Source of the DNA: Candidatus Latescibacterota bacterium
GTDB lineage: Bacteria > Latescibacterota > UBA2968 > UBA8231
Direction: 5' to 3'
Length of the DNA: 64,000 nt
Assembly: GCA_965248265.1 (NCBI GenBank)
Contig: CBDFJF010000001.1
Coordinates: 2,496,001-2,560,000, forward strand
The translations under genes were made by a program, and so were the position numbers. Below are positions 47,640 through 60,006 of this stretch, in pieces (positions within the stretch are counted from its first letter, which is position 1; each line of letters opens with the position of its first letter). Below the pieces are notes generated by a model that was not told where the DNA came from, did no database searches, and worked only from the letters and a program-made list of their open reading frames with translations.

Positions 47640-49406
47640 CTATTCGCCGCGGCCATGGCTTATCCGGGCCGCACGCTCTGCGGGTAGGTAGCGGCGCGTG
47701 GTCTCTTCAACGTGAGCCCGCACGCGCCGTCCGGACTCCATCGCTAAACATTCATTGGCCAGCTGCTCGGCGTCTTCCCGCCGGATGGCCCGGACAACCT
47801 CCTTGACCTCGGGGATCAGTCCGGGGCTCATGCTCAGATGGTCCAGACCAAGTCCCACCAGCAGCATCGTGGCCATTGGATCTCCGGCCAACTCGCCGCA
47901 TATGCTGGTCGGTATGTCGTGAGCCTGTCCGCTGGCCGTAACGCCCTTGATCAACCTCAGCACAGCCGGATCAAAAGGATCGTAGAGATCAGCCACCCGC
48001 GCCATGCCCCGGTCGACGGCGAGGGTGTACTGGATCAGATCGTTCGTCCCCAGGCTGAAAAAATCGATTTCGGGGGCGAAGCTGTCGGCCATGATCGCGG
48101 TCGAAGGCACCTCAACCATGATACCGAGCTTGCATTCGGCCTGAAACGGCTGACCCTTCTTCTCCAGTTCGGCTCGGGTCTCATCCAGAATCTTCCTGGC
48201 GGTCCTGACCTGCTCCACCGTGGACACCATGGGCAGAAGCAGGTGCACCTCGCCTGCAACCCCGGCTCGCAAGGCGGCTCGCAGTTGCGTCTTGAACAAC
48301 TCGGGTTCATCCAGGCACATGCGGATGCCGCGCCAGCCCAGAAACGGATTGGTCTCGGGTATCGTCTCAACCACATGGCTCAGCTTGTCTCCCCCTAGAT
48401 CCAGGGTCCTGATGACGACCGGCATCGGCGCCATGGCCGCAACCACCTCGCGATATGAGGCCGCCTGTTCCTCCTCGGTAGGCAACCGGTAGCCCATGAA
48501 GAGGTATTCCGAGCGCAGCATGCCGACACCGTGTGCGCCATTCACCATGGCCAGTTCAGTTTCCTGCGGCAAATCGATATTGGCCTGCAACTGGATCTCG
48601 ACGCCGTCGGTCGTGAGTGCTGGCAGATCCCTGTGCTCTCTAAGAGATCGCTCGCGCCGGATTTGGCGCCGCCGTTCGGTCTGGTAATACCGCTCCGTCT
48701 CCGGTTTGGGACGGATTTGCACGACGCCGGCGTCACCGTCGACGATGATGGCATCGCCGGATGAGATGGCGGTCGTCGCCTCCATGGTGCCGACGACCGC
48801 TGGCAGTCCAAGCGAGCGAGCGATGATGCTGGCATGCGACGTCGCACCACCCAGATCCGTGACCAGGCCCTTGACCAGCCGGCGCCCTAACTGGATAGCC
48901 TCTGAGGGAAGCAGGTCGTGGGCGATGACGATGGTGTTGGAACGAACGGATTCCAGGCCCCGCAGTTCCCCACCTGCAAGGCGGGCCATCACCTGGTGCT
49001 CGATATCGGTGATGTCGCCGACACGAGCTCGCAGGTACTCGTTCTCGATGTGGCCGAACATCTCCTTGAGCCGTTCCATCGTCTTCGAAAACGCTTGCTC
49101 GGCGGTCACTAGATCCGAGCTGATGTTCTTCACTGTCTGGCCCTTGACCTGATCGTCCTGCAACATCGCCAGTTGAGCCTCGAATATTTGGGCCAGTTCG
49201 GTGCCGTGCTCCAGTTCGACGATCCTGCGGGTGCGGCGAATCTCTTCCCCGACCAGAACAAGGCAGTTGAGAAAGCGCTCCGTTTCTGCTTCGACTTTGA
49301 TGCGCGGTATGCGGCGACGTGAGATCTGTGGGCGCTCAATGCGATGCACGAAGGCACGGCCGATGCCGATCCCGGAGCTGACTGGAATGCCGACGAGTTT
49401 ATCCAT
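47640..49406 (-). CDS. ptsI: PTS enzyme I (PEP-protein phosphotransferase)
   Basis: 'GGATSHASIIAR', 'RTLDLGGDK', 'SLGTNDLIQY' and 'CGELAGD' motifs. Confidence 0.95.
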   Translation of the reverse strand: MDKLVGIPVSSGIGIGRAFVHRIERPQISRRRIPRIKVEAETERFLNCLVLVGEEIRRTRRIVELEHGTELAQIFEAQLAMLQDDQVKGQTVKNISSDLVTAEQAFSKTMERLKEMFGHIENEYLRARVGDITDIEHQVMARLAGGELRGLESVRSNTIVIAHDLLPSEAIQLGRRLVKGLVTDLGGATSHASIIARSLGLPAVVGTMEATTAISSGDAIIVDGDAGVVQIRPKPETERYYQTERRRQIRRERSLREHRDLPALTTDGVEIQLQANIDLPQETELAMVNGAHGVGMLRSEYLFMGYRLPTEEEQAASYREVVAAMAPMPVVIRTLDLGGDKLSHVVETIPETNPFLGWRGIRMCLDEPELFKTQLRAALRAGVAGEVHLLLPMVSTVEQVRTARKILDETRAELEKKGQPFQAECKLGIMVEVPSTAIMADSFAPEIDFFSLGTNDLIQYTLAVDRGMARVADLYDPFDPAVLRLIKGVTASGQAHDIPTSICGELAGDPMATMLLVGLGLDHLSMSPGLIPEVKEVVRAIRREDAEQLANECLAMESGRRVRAHVEETTRRYLPAERAARISHGRGE

Positions 49407-49417
49407 GGACTCCCTGA

Positions 49418-49690
49418 TCAGGGCTTCTCCTCGAAATCGCTTTCCAGCAAAGCCGCCACCGCCTCTATTGCCTCATCGGCGTCACCGCCCTCAGCTTCGA
49501 TCAGTAACTCAGCGCCATGCTCAGCGGCCAGCATCATGATCCCCATAATACTCTTGCCGTTGATGCGACGAACCTCTCCCTTGGAGAGAAAGATCTCGGC
49601 TTGGAACTTCGCCGCGGCCTGCACCAGAAGGGTTGCCGGACGCGCGTGGATGCCGAGGCGGTTCTTGATGACCACTCGCTTCTCAACCAT
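49418..49690 (-). CDS. ptsH: phosphocarrier protein HPr
   Basis: 'GIHARPA' (His15) and 'GKSIMGIM' (Ser46). Confidence 0.95.
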   Translation of the reverse strand: MVEKRVVIKNRLGIHARPATLLVQAAAKFQAEIFLSKGEVRRINGKSIMGIMMLAAEHGAELLIEAEGGDADEAIEAVAALLESDFEEKP

Positions 49691-49711
49691 CTGTCAATCG
49701 CCTCAACCAGC

Positions 49712-50548
49712 TCACGCCTTGCCCGAGAACACCCGACTGATCCGTTTCCACGTCGACGTCGAGGAAGATTCAGGGGTAACTGCCGTGGCGGCTCCACCCT
49801 CCGACCTGGCAACAACAGGCTCTCCCTTGACCACTTTTTCCGGGTTGGCACAAAACAAACGGTGCGCCTCCAGCGGACCACACGCCTCCGCCACGAGACG
49901 CCGTGCATTCTGCAGCGATACCGGACGCCTCTCCAGGTCATGGCCGTCGCTGCCGACGAATTCAATGACGCCCATCCGTAAAAACATCTCGGCCGTGGCT
50001 CTGGCCCGATTGCCGAAACGTCCGGTGAAGCTGCCGGCATCTACCTGAAACAGCAGATCCTGATGCCGCAGCCGATCTACCTGTTCCGGCGATGTCGCCA
50101 GTTCCCGATGGCGCTCCGGATGAGCCAGAATCGGCTTGTAGCCGGCCGCCCTAAGCTCGAAAAAGCCCTGCTCTATCCCGGTCGGCAACGGACCCAGCGG
50201 CAGGTCTACGAGCACGTAGGGGCCGTCCGCCAGCGCCGCCGTCGGCCAGCGCGCGACCTCGGCAAGGCCAAAGCGGAAGGCCAGTTCCGCGCCCAGAAAC
50301 AGCTCGATTGCGATGCCAGCCTCAGTCGCTGCGGATTGCAACTCATCGAAGCGCCGGGCGTGAAGGGCATCCCGGTCCTCCTCGTCATGGGAGCGGATGT
50401 GCGGCGTCATCACCATCGCTCCTACCCCCTCGGACTCGGCACGTCTCAGCATGTCCAGGGCCATCTGCATCGATGCGGCGCCGTCGTCGACCTCGGGAAG
50501 CACATGGCAATGGATATCCACCAAAGCGGATTCAGCATGCTCTGTCAT
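49712..50548 (-). CDS. CpsB/CapC-family PHP tyrosine-protein phosphatase
   Basis: 'DIHCHVLPEVDDG', 'TPH', 'LAHPER' and 'GSDGH' motifs. Confidence 0.88.
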   Translation of the reverse strand: MTEHAESALVDIHCHVLPEVDDGAASMQMALDMLRRAESEGVGAMVMTPHIRSHDEEDRDALHARRFDELQSAATEAGIAIELFLGAELAFRFGLAEVARWPTAALADGPYVLVDLPLGPLPTGIEQGFFELRAAGYKPILAHPERHRELATSPEQVDRLRHQDLLFQVDAGSFTGRFGNRARATAEMFLRMGVIEFVGSDGHDLERRPVSLQNARRLVAEACGPLEAHRLFCANPEKVVKGEPVVARSEGGAATAVTPESSSTSTWKRISRVFSGKA

Positions 50549-50552
50549 GCGC

Positions 50553-51338
50553 TCAGTCCCTGATATGGACTGCCCGGCTCAACTCCTGTAGCCGGGCCGG
50601 GTCTGCTTCCACTGCCGTGCCGGTTACGACGAAGCTGGCCCCGGCTTCAACCTTGGCTCTAGCGCTCTCGCCATCACGAATTCCGCCTCCCACGATGACG
50701 GGAGAGCCGACGTAATCGACGACTGCGCGAATCAGTGTCTCCGGAACGCTCTTGCCGGCCCCGCTGCCCGTCTCCAAGTACACCAGCTTCATGCCCAGGT
50801 ACTCGGCCGCCAGGGCGTGCGCCATGGCAATGTCGGCCTTTTCCCTCGGTATCGGTTTCGTCGAGCTCATGTATTCGGTCGAGGTTAGACTGCCCGACTC
50901 GATCAACATGTAGGCGGTCGGAATCACCTCGATGCCGTACTCCTTGATCAACGGCGCCGCGCGAACGTGTTGGCCGATCAGCAACTCCGGGTTGCGGCCG
51001 CTGACCATGGACAGGAACAGGATCGCATCCGCCTTCGACACGACCTGCCCCGCGTCACCGGGGAAACTGATCACCGGCACACCCACTCGTTCGCGCAGAC
51101 TCTCAAACACATTCGCGTTCTTCGTCATCGACAACATCAGGCTGGTGCCGACGAGGATGGCGTCTGCCCCAGCTTCCGCACAGCGCTCGGTACGCTCTTC
51201 GAGTTCAGCGAGGGTCAAGCGGTCCGGATCGAGCAGCGTCAGGTAACCGGCCCCGCGTCGACGGCGGACCTCCAGCAGGTACTCGAGTGTGCTCCCCGTT
51301 CCCCGTTCCCAGGGGACCGCATTGCCGGTTGCCGACAC
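50553..51338 (-). CDS. geranylgeranylglyceryl phosphate synthase family protein (group II-like)
   Basis: 'LLDPDR', 'ISFPGD', 'LSMVSGRNPELLIG', 'YLETGSGA', 'VGGGIR' and 'VVTGT' motifs. Confidence 0.88.
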   Translation of the reverse strand: MSATGNAVPWERGTGSTLEYLLEVRRRRGAGYLTLLDPDRLTLAELEERTERCAEAGADAILVGTSLMLSMTKNANVFESLRERVGVPVISFPGDAGQVVSKADAILFLSMVSGRNPELLIGQHVRAAPLIKEYGIEVIPTAYMLIESGSLTSTEYMSSTKPIPREKADIAMAHALAAEYLGMKLVYLETGSGAGKSVPETLIRAVVDYVGSPVIVGGGIRDGESARAKVEAGASFVVTGTAVEADPARLQELSRAVHIRD

Positions 51339-51358
51339 CTTCGTCGTCTCCTTGAGCC

Positions 51359-53979
<2,621 letters not shown>

Positions 53980-53980
<1 letters not shown>

Positions 53981-54468
53981 TACTCCTCTTCCGTCTCCTT
54001 CCAGATCGTCTCCACCGCGCCTGAAGCGGTCTCGGGATCGAAACCACGCCGGGCCAGCAACCCCATCATGCGCCGTCTTGCCCGGTCCCTATCAAGACTC
54101 AGGTAGCGGGCACTCTGCCGGCGCAGCAGATCCACGGCGGAAGCCTCAGACCCGGTCTGGTCGGCGTACTCCTCCAGCACGCGCTCGATCAGCTCCTTCT
54201 CGACGCCCCGACGTGCTAGCTCCGAGCGCAACCAGGGAGCGCCCGCCGGTTTGCGGTCGAGCTGCAATCCGACCCAACGCCGCGCCATGGCCTCATCGTC
54301 CAACAAACCGACCCGCAGTAGATCGGCCGTGACCTGATCGATTAGACCCGGCTCCCAGCCTTTGTGGCTGAGCCGTTGAGCAATCTCATGCACGGAACGG
54401 TCGCAGCTTTTGAGAAAACGCAGCGCCGCATTGCGGGCATCGTCGAAATCGGTGCTCCCTGCCTCCAT
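53980..54468 (-). CDS. recX: regulatory protein RecX
   Basis: 'RSVHEI..RL', 'LLDD', 'ELARRGV' and 'LARRGF'; lies directly downstream of recA. Confidence 0.88.
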
Positions 54469-55526
54469 TAAGTCTTCCCGTTCAACCCCAGTTCTTCGCG
54501 CAACCGACTCTCTATCGTCAATGCCGTCTCCGGGTGCTCACTCAAGAACAGACGCGCGTTCTCACGACCCTGTCCGAGCCGTTGCTCGCCATACGAAAAC
54601 CATGTTCCCGACTTCTCGATCACCCCCCGCTCCACGCCGATGTCGAGCAGATCGCCCTCGCGCGAAAGGCCAATGCTTTCCCCCTGGAAGAGGATGTCGA
54701 ACTCAGCCTGACGGTAGGGTGGAGCGAGCTTGTTCTTGACGACCTTTATTCGGGTACGGCTGCCAATCTCCTCTTCGCCGTCCTTGATACGGGCGATCCG
54801 GCGTATGTCCAGGCGCATTGATGCATAGAACCCCAGGGCTCGACCGCCAGTCGTCGTTTCCGGACTGCCGAACATGACCCCGATCTTCATGCGCAATTGA
54901 TTGATGAACACGACGCACGTCTGACTGCGATTGATCGAGCCTGTGAGTTTGCGCAGCGCCTGCGACATCAAGCGGGCGTGCAGACCCATGTGGGAGTCAC
55001 CCATGTCCCCGGCGAGTTCGGCCTGGGGCACTAATGCAGCCACTGAATCCAGCACGACAATGTCAAATGCGTTACTGCGCACCAGGGTGTCGATGATCTC
55101 CAACGCCTGCTCGCCACTGTCGGGTTGCGAGATGATGAGATCATCGATGTCGACGCCGATACGGCGGGCAAAGTTGACGTCCAGCGCATGCTCCGCATCG
55201 ATGAAGGCGGCGACTCCTCCCTTTTTTTGGGCTTCGCGCACGGCGTGAAGGGAAACCATCGTCTTTCCAGCACCCTCAGGACCGTAGATTTCGATGATGC
55301 GTCCCTTCGGGAAACCACCGATGCCAAGGGCGGCATCCAGTGCCAGTGAACCACTGCTGACGACTTCGACTTCGACCAGTTCGGGCTTGTCACCCAAACG
55401 CATGATCGCACCCTTGCCGTGCTGCTTCTCGATCTGGGACATCGCCAGTTCGAGGGCATTGTCGTCGGCCTTGTCGTCTTTCTTCGCGCCTTTTTTCCTA
55501 TTAGCTCCGTTGTCTCGATCTGCCAT
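54468..55526 (-). CDS. recA: recombinase RecA
   Basis: 'FIDAEHALD', '[11 protein letters not shown]', '[10 protein letters not shown]' and 'KNKLAPP' motifs. Confidence 0.97.
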   Translation of the reverse strand: MADRDNGANRKKGAKKDDKADDNALELAMSQIEKQHGKGAIMRLGDKPELVEVEVVSSGSLALDAALGIGGFPKGRIIEIYGPEGAGKTMVSLHAVREAQKKGGVAAFIDAEHALDVNFARRIGVDIDDLIISQPDSGEQALEIIDTLVRSNAFDIVVLDSVAALVPQAELAGDMGDSHMGLHARLMSQALRKLTGSINRSQTCVVFINQLRMKIGVMFGSPETTTGGRALGFYASMRLDIRRIARIKDGEEEIGSRTRIKVVKNKLAPPYRQAEFDILFQGESIGLSREGDLLDIGVERGVIEKSGTWFSYGEQRLGQGRENARLFLSEHPETALTIESRLREELGLNGKT

Positions 55527-55571
55527 CAATTTGCTCTCAGTTACCGAGGTTATGTGTGCCTCTTTTGTGGC

Positions 55572-56102
55572 CTATTGGTGCGAAACCACCATCATGGCTC
55601 CGCCGAATTTGGTGAAGGCGATCAGCAGGCGCAGGATCAGCTGACCATAGACGCCTGCCGCCACATCATCGAGAACGATACCCCATCCGCCGGGAAGCTT
55701 CTCCAGCCACCGGCAGGGAGGCGGTTTGACGATATCCAGCAAGCGGAAGAGAAAAAAGCCGGCTATCGCGGTCCAGAATCCGTGGGGCAAAAACGCCACC
55801 GTCACCAGATAGCCGATGGCCTCGTCGATGACGACGACTCCCGGATCCTTCGCTTCCTCTGCACCCCTCTGCCGGCCAACGACCCTCGCCATGGATCCCG
55901 CAGTGTAGACGGCGATGCCGAAGATGACTGGCAGTAGCAGCCCCCAAGCCTCTGCTCCGAGCGCGGCACCAAACAGATAGTAGGCGAGGGCAATCACGGC
56001 CGTCCCCGCAGTCCCTGGGGCTATCGGGGAATAGCCGGAAAACAGGACGGTGGCCACGACCGTGCGTAGAAATCCGGCCCCTGATCTTAGAAAGCGCCCC
56101 AA
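55572..56102 (-). CDS. pgpA: phosphatidylglycerophosphatase A
   Basis: 'APGTAGT', 'DPGVVVIDE', 'FRLLDIVKP' and 'GIVLDDVAAG' motifs. Confidence 0.93.
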   Translation of the reverse strand: MGRFLRSGAGFLRTVVATVLFSGYSPIAPGTAGTAVIALAYYLFGAALGAEAWGLLLPVIFGIAVYTAGSMARVVGRQRGAEEAKDPGVVVIDEAIGYLVTVAFLPHGFWTAIAGFFLFRLLDIVKPPPCRWLEKLPGGWGIVLDDVAAGVYGQLILRLLIAFTKFGGAMMVVSHQ

Positions 56103-56163
56103 ACTATTGGAGGATATGCAGTTTGGTTGAGAGAGGTAACGGCGGCTCGGCCACCGCTGAGCC

Positions 56164-56793
56164 CTATCGGGGCTCGTTGTACGAGAATCCGCTACGCAGA
56201 AAATAATGCAAACCGGACAACAGCGTAAGGAAGAGGACGACCGCCATCAGCCCATTGGTAAACAGCGGCATCCAGGTGGCGTCCACGGGCAGGGGTATCA
56301 CCCAGTCGAAGCGTTGGACAATTTCCTGTAAGCCGATTAATAACAGTATGATGACGACGGTCAGCAGTTGAACCGTCGTCTTCCACTTGGCGAGCCTCGA
56401 GGTTTCCATTTGGCGGCCGTGATAAGCACCGCGCATCCGCATGCCCGTGATCAAGATGTCACGGACGATGATGGGGACGACCAACCAGAAGTGCACGATT
56501 CGGCCGACTACCAGCGCGATGAGAGCGGATGTCACCAGGATCTTATCCGCCAGGGGATCCATGAAACGCCCGAACTCGGTGACCGAATTCCGCGTTCTGG
56601 CGATTCGGCCATCGTAGAGATCCGTCAGCGAGGCGATGGAGAACACGACGACAGCCAGACTTCTGAGGTACCAGTCCTCTTCGAACAGGAGAACCAGGAA
56701 TACCGGCGTCAGGCAGATCCGCGAGATCGTCAGCGCGTTGGGGAGATTGAGTATGTCTCTTGTGACCAATGGCGTGCGCTCCGGCGATTCCAT
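56164..56793 (-). CDS. pgsA: CDP-diacylglycerol--glycerol-3-phosphate 3-phosphatidyltransferase
   Basis: 'NLPNALTISR', 'DLYDGRIAR..FGRFMDPLADK' and 'KWKT' motifs. Confidence 0.92.
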   Translation of the reverse strand: MESPERTPLVTRDILNLPNALTISRICLTPVFLVLLFEEDWYLRSLAVVVFSIASLTDLYDGRIARTRNSVTEFGRFMDPLADKILVTSALIALVVGRIVHFWLVVPIIVRDILITGMRMRGAYHGRQMETSRLAKWKTTVQLLTVVIILLLIGLQEIVQRFDWVIPLPVDATWMPLFTNGLMAVVLFLTLLSGLHYFLRSGFSYNEPR

Positions 56794-57396
56794 TCAGAAG
56801 GACTGGCGGCCTTCCAAAGCATGGGCAAGAGTGACTTTGTCCGCCAGATCGAGGTCCGATCCCATTGGCAGTCCCCGAGCCAGGCGCGTCACCTTGGTCG
56901 TGTCTCCCAGTTTCTGGAATATGTACTCGGCCGTGGCTTCACCCTCGGCCGAAGCGTTGAGAGCGAGAATGACCTCGCCTACCTGTTCCCTGCTCACGCG
57001 CTCGAGTAGCCGTGGAATGCGTAGATCGTCCGGACCCACACCATCCAACGGAGAGAGCGCGCCACCGAGAACATGGTAAGTCCCCCGAACCAGCTGGCTA
57101 CGCTCCAGCACCAGGACATCGCTGGCCTCCTCCACAACGCAAATCACCTGCCTGTCACGTTGTGGATCTCGGCACACGTGACACAGATCCTGGCTCTTGT
57201 CGGCGAAATTGTAGCACTGCGCGCAGTAGTGAATCTCATCACGGGCACGCACAATCGATGAGGCCAGGGCGTCAGCCTCGCCGCGGGGTGATTTGATGAC
57301 GAAAAATGCCAGGCGCTGAGCCGTCTTGCGGCCGATCCCCGGCAGTCGTGCAAACGCCGTCACCAGATCCTCGAGAGCGGTAGGTCCAATATTCAA
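56794..57396 (-). CDS. recR: recombination mediator RecR
   Basis: 'LPGIGRKTAQRLA', C4 zinc finger, 'ICVVE' and 'EGEAT' motifs. Confidence 0.96.
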   Translation of the reverse strand: MNIGPTALEDLVTAFARLPGIGRKTAQRLAFFVIKSPRGEADALASSIVRARDEIHYCAQCYNFADKSQDLCHVCRDPQRDRQVICVVEEASDVLVLERSQLVRGTYHVLGGALSPLDGVGPDDLRIPRLLERVSREQVGEVILALNASAEGEATAEYIFQKLGDTTKVTRLARGLPMGSDLDLADKVTLAHALEGRQSF

Positions 57397-59105
57397 ACCA
57401 GTTCCCCATCGAAGGTGTCCAGAACCGACTTCACCGTGGGGTCGACCTGCGAATCACTCTTGGCCGGGACCCCGCTTGGTTCGCCACCAGGTTTCTTATC
57501 GTTTGCACTGTGGGCTGCTTCTTCTGAGGAGCCGACCGAACATTGGACCCGTAACCTTGCCCCCAGAACCTGCTCGCACACCTCCTCGACAACGGTGCGA
57601 TTCTTCTCCACTTGACTCATGTTGAAGCGATCGGTCTCCTCGAACAGGATCCGTAAAACGGAACCCTCCACCGGCCCCGGTTGGCCCTCTTGTAGAAAAG
57701 AGCCGAGCGATCGTTGTTCCTGCCTCACACCCTCCACGATCCGTCCCCATGCATTCTTCACGGCCTGCCCGTCGATGGAGCCGGACTGCACCGGCGAGTC
57801 CGCTTCCGAAGCATCGGACGTGGCTGCGGCTGGGGGCACCGCCGGGGGCTGCTGGTCGACGACAGGCGGCTCCGACTGGCTCGCACGCTGTTGTGGGGGC
57901 GAAGCTGGCAGTGGATTCGGCTTTGAAGTATGCCGGGCTGTCGCTGGCGTGCGCGTTTGGGGTGGTTGTGCAGGCATAGCCTCCAACCTTCTCAACAGGG
58001 TAGCCACGTCGATGGCGCGACCCATCCGCGCCGCCCGCACCAGGGCGATCTCCACCCTGAACCGCGGCTGCGCCGATCGCCTCAGATCCGCTTCCAGGTC
58101 GAGTAGCATCTGCAGAATCCTCAGCAAATCTTCCTCGGCGAAGGTCTCTGCCGCCTCCACCAGGCGCTCCCGCTCGGCATCGGCCACCTCCAACTGTGCT
58201 CCCCCATCACCCTGAACCTTCACGGATAACAGATGCCGGCAATGTTCAGTGAATCCCCTGACGAACTCCTCGATATCGCCGCCCCCCTCCACAACTTGGG
58301 AGACAACCTCGAGCACCCGTGCCGATTCTCCTTCGGACAAGGCCTGACTCAGTTCGAAGAACGTGCGGCCGTCAACCAGACCCAGGACCTGCCTCACCCC
58401 GGGTTCGGATATGCGATCATGCTCGAAGGAAACGACCTGGTCCATCAGGCTCTCGGCATCCCGCAGGGCCCCATCGGCTCGTTGCGCCAACAGGTACAAG
58501 GCCTCCTCTTCCGCCTCGATGCCCTCGGCCTGTGCTATCGTTGATAGATGAGCGGCGATCGCGCTGGTTGGGATGCGCCGGAAATTGAAACGCTGACAGC
58601 GGGACAGAATGGTCTGCGGAACCTCCTGCACTTCCGTTGTCGCGAACACGAACACGACCCGCTCGGGAGGCTCTTCCAGTGTCTTCAGCAGCGCATTGAA
58701 TGCCGCCGTCGACAGCATATGCACTTCGTCAATGATGTAGATCTTGTGAGCTCCGCCAGTCGGGACATAGCGAACGACCTCACGCAACTCACGGACATCG
58801 TCGACGCTGTTGTTGGATGCCCCGTCGATCTCCAGAACATCCATGCTTGTACCTTCGGCTATACTCGTGCACGAAGGACACGCGTCACATGGATCCACTC
58901 CAGTCAGCTGTGAGCAGTTGAGCATCTTGGCCAGGATTCGCGCGGTCGTGGTCTTACCGGTACCACGCGGTCCGCAGAACAGGTAGCAGTGGGCGATGCG
59001 TCCTGTGGACACAGCATTGGACAACGTCGTCGTGATGTGGTCCTGCCCGACCACCTCCTTGAAGCGGCGTGGACGCCATTTACGTGCAGTTACCTGATAG
59101 TTCAC
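57393..59105 (-). CDS. dnaX: DNA polymerase III subunit gamma/tau
   Basis: GTG start 'NYQVTARKWRP'; 'GPRGTGKTT', 'IIDEVHML' and 'SRCQ' motifs. Confidence 0.96.
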   Translation of the reverse strand: MNYQVTARKWRPRRFKEVVGQDHITTTLSNAVSTGRIAHCYLFCGPRGTGKTTTARILAKMLNCSQLTGVDPCDACPSCTSIAEGTSMDVLEIDGASNNSVDDVRELREVVRYVPTGGAHKIYIIDEVHMLSTAAFNALLKTLEEPPERVVFVFATTEVQEVPQTILSRCQRFNFRRIPTSAIAAHLSTIAQAEGIEAEEEALYLLAQRADGALRDAESLMDQVVSFEHDRISEPGVRQVLGLVDGRTFFELSQALSEGESARVLEVVSQVVEGGGDIEEFVRGFTEHCRHLLSVKVQGDGGAQLEVADAERERLVEAAETFAEEDLLRILQMLLDLEADLRRSAQPRFRVEIALVRAARMGRAIDVATLLRRLEAMPAQPPQTRTPATARHTSKPNPLPASPPQQRASQSEPPVVDQQPPAVPPAAATSDASEADSPVQSGSIDGQAVKNAWGRIVEGVRQEQRSLGSFLQEGQPGPVEGSVLRILFEETDRFNMSQVEKNRTVVEEVCEQVLGARLRVQCSVGSSEEAAHSANDKKPGGEPSGVPAKSDSQVDPTVKSVLDTFDGELV

Positions 59106-59121
59106 GTTGTCTCGATTGCTG

Positions 59122-59206
59122 AATGGGCCGCCCACATCCGCTCTAAGGCTTTATTGATAAATGGGCCGCCCACATCCGCTCTAGGGCTACGATTGTGAAT
59201 GGGCCG
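59122..59206. repeat. 38-bp-period direct repeat at the 3' end of the SRP RNA gene
   Basis: AATGGGCCGCCCACATCCGCTCTA(A/G)GGCT at 59122 and 59160; partial AATGGGCCG at 59198. Confidence 0.85.
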
Positions 59207-59472
59207 TGCACCCATCTTCGATCCGCTGTCCATCCTCGCCCGGTGCCAGTTAGCTCCAGCCAGAAATCTCTGCGGCACACGCGATAGCTTTCCTACCGCT
59301 GCTACCTTCCGGTCCTGACGGAGTTCAGAAGCTTAACGTTGCGCAGAATCCAACCTTCAACACCACTTGACACTTTTTGAAGCTGGGCCAACTGGACCTA
59401 GGATGGGAATTCGATCCCGCTATAGCGGATTGCGGGTGCAGGGAACCGCTATCTCCCCATCTAGCACGACCC
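59201..59472 (-). ncRNA. ffs: signal recognition particle RNA, large (Alu-domain) bacterial type
   Basis: Domain IV TCAGGACCGGAAGGTAGCAGC; the 5' end GTCGTGCTAGATGGGGAGATAGCGGTTCCCTG resembles Bacillus scRNA; ends are complementary; lies upstream of dnaX. Confidence 0.93.
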
Positions 59473-59561
59473 GAAGTCGTAATTCACGGCTCTATCGTAA
59501 CAGTCTACGATGCTGTATCTGACATGGCCGAAAAAAACGGCTGGAAAGCAGTAAGTATAAA

Positions 59562-59637
59562 TGGTGGAGCAGATGGGAATCGAACCCACGACCTCCAGAT
59601 TGCGAACCTAGCGCTCTCCCAACTGAGCTACTGCCCC
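59562..59637 (-). tRNA. tRNA-Ala(CGC)
   Basis: 76-nt cloverleaf, anticodon loop TTCGCAA, G3:U70 pair and encoded CCA. Confidence 0.96.
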
Positions 59638-59713
59638 ACCAGTCCTTACTGCCACGCCGACTTGCTCTTGTGATACCTAGAATTTGGCTGTCGGCAGCCA
59701 CCAACACAACTAC

Positions 59714-59804
59714 TGGCGGAGAGAGAGGGATTCGAACCCTCGGTAGCGGGTTACGCTACACACGATTTCCAGTCGTGCACCTTCGGCCACTCGGTCATCT
59801 CTCC
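59714..59804 (-). tRNA. tRNA-Ser(GGA)
   Basis: Long variable arm, loop CTGGAAA and 3' GCCA. Confidence 0.96.
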
Positions 59805-59843
59805 ATTGATCCTGGACCCTACAGTTGAACTTGAGATAATTGT

Positions 59844-59933
<90 letters not shown>

Positions 59934-60006
59934 CCAAATGCTCACTCATCTCTTCTGCAATACGACCGCTTGCGGTCGTCGGCCGCTTGCGGTTAACGAC
60001 TGCTTG

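Noticed and set aside
59122-59206. Mini-CRISPR interpretation of the repeat downstream of ffs
   Set aside because: The variable parts are only 9 nt, there are only two full repeats, and no cas genes are present.
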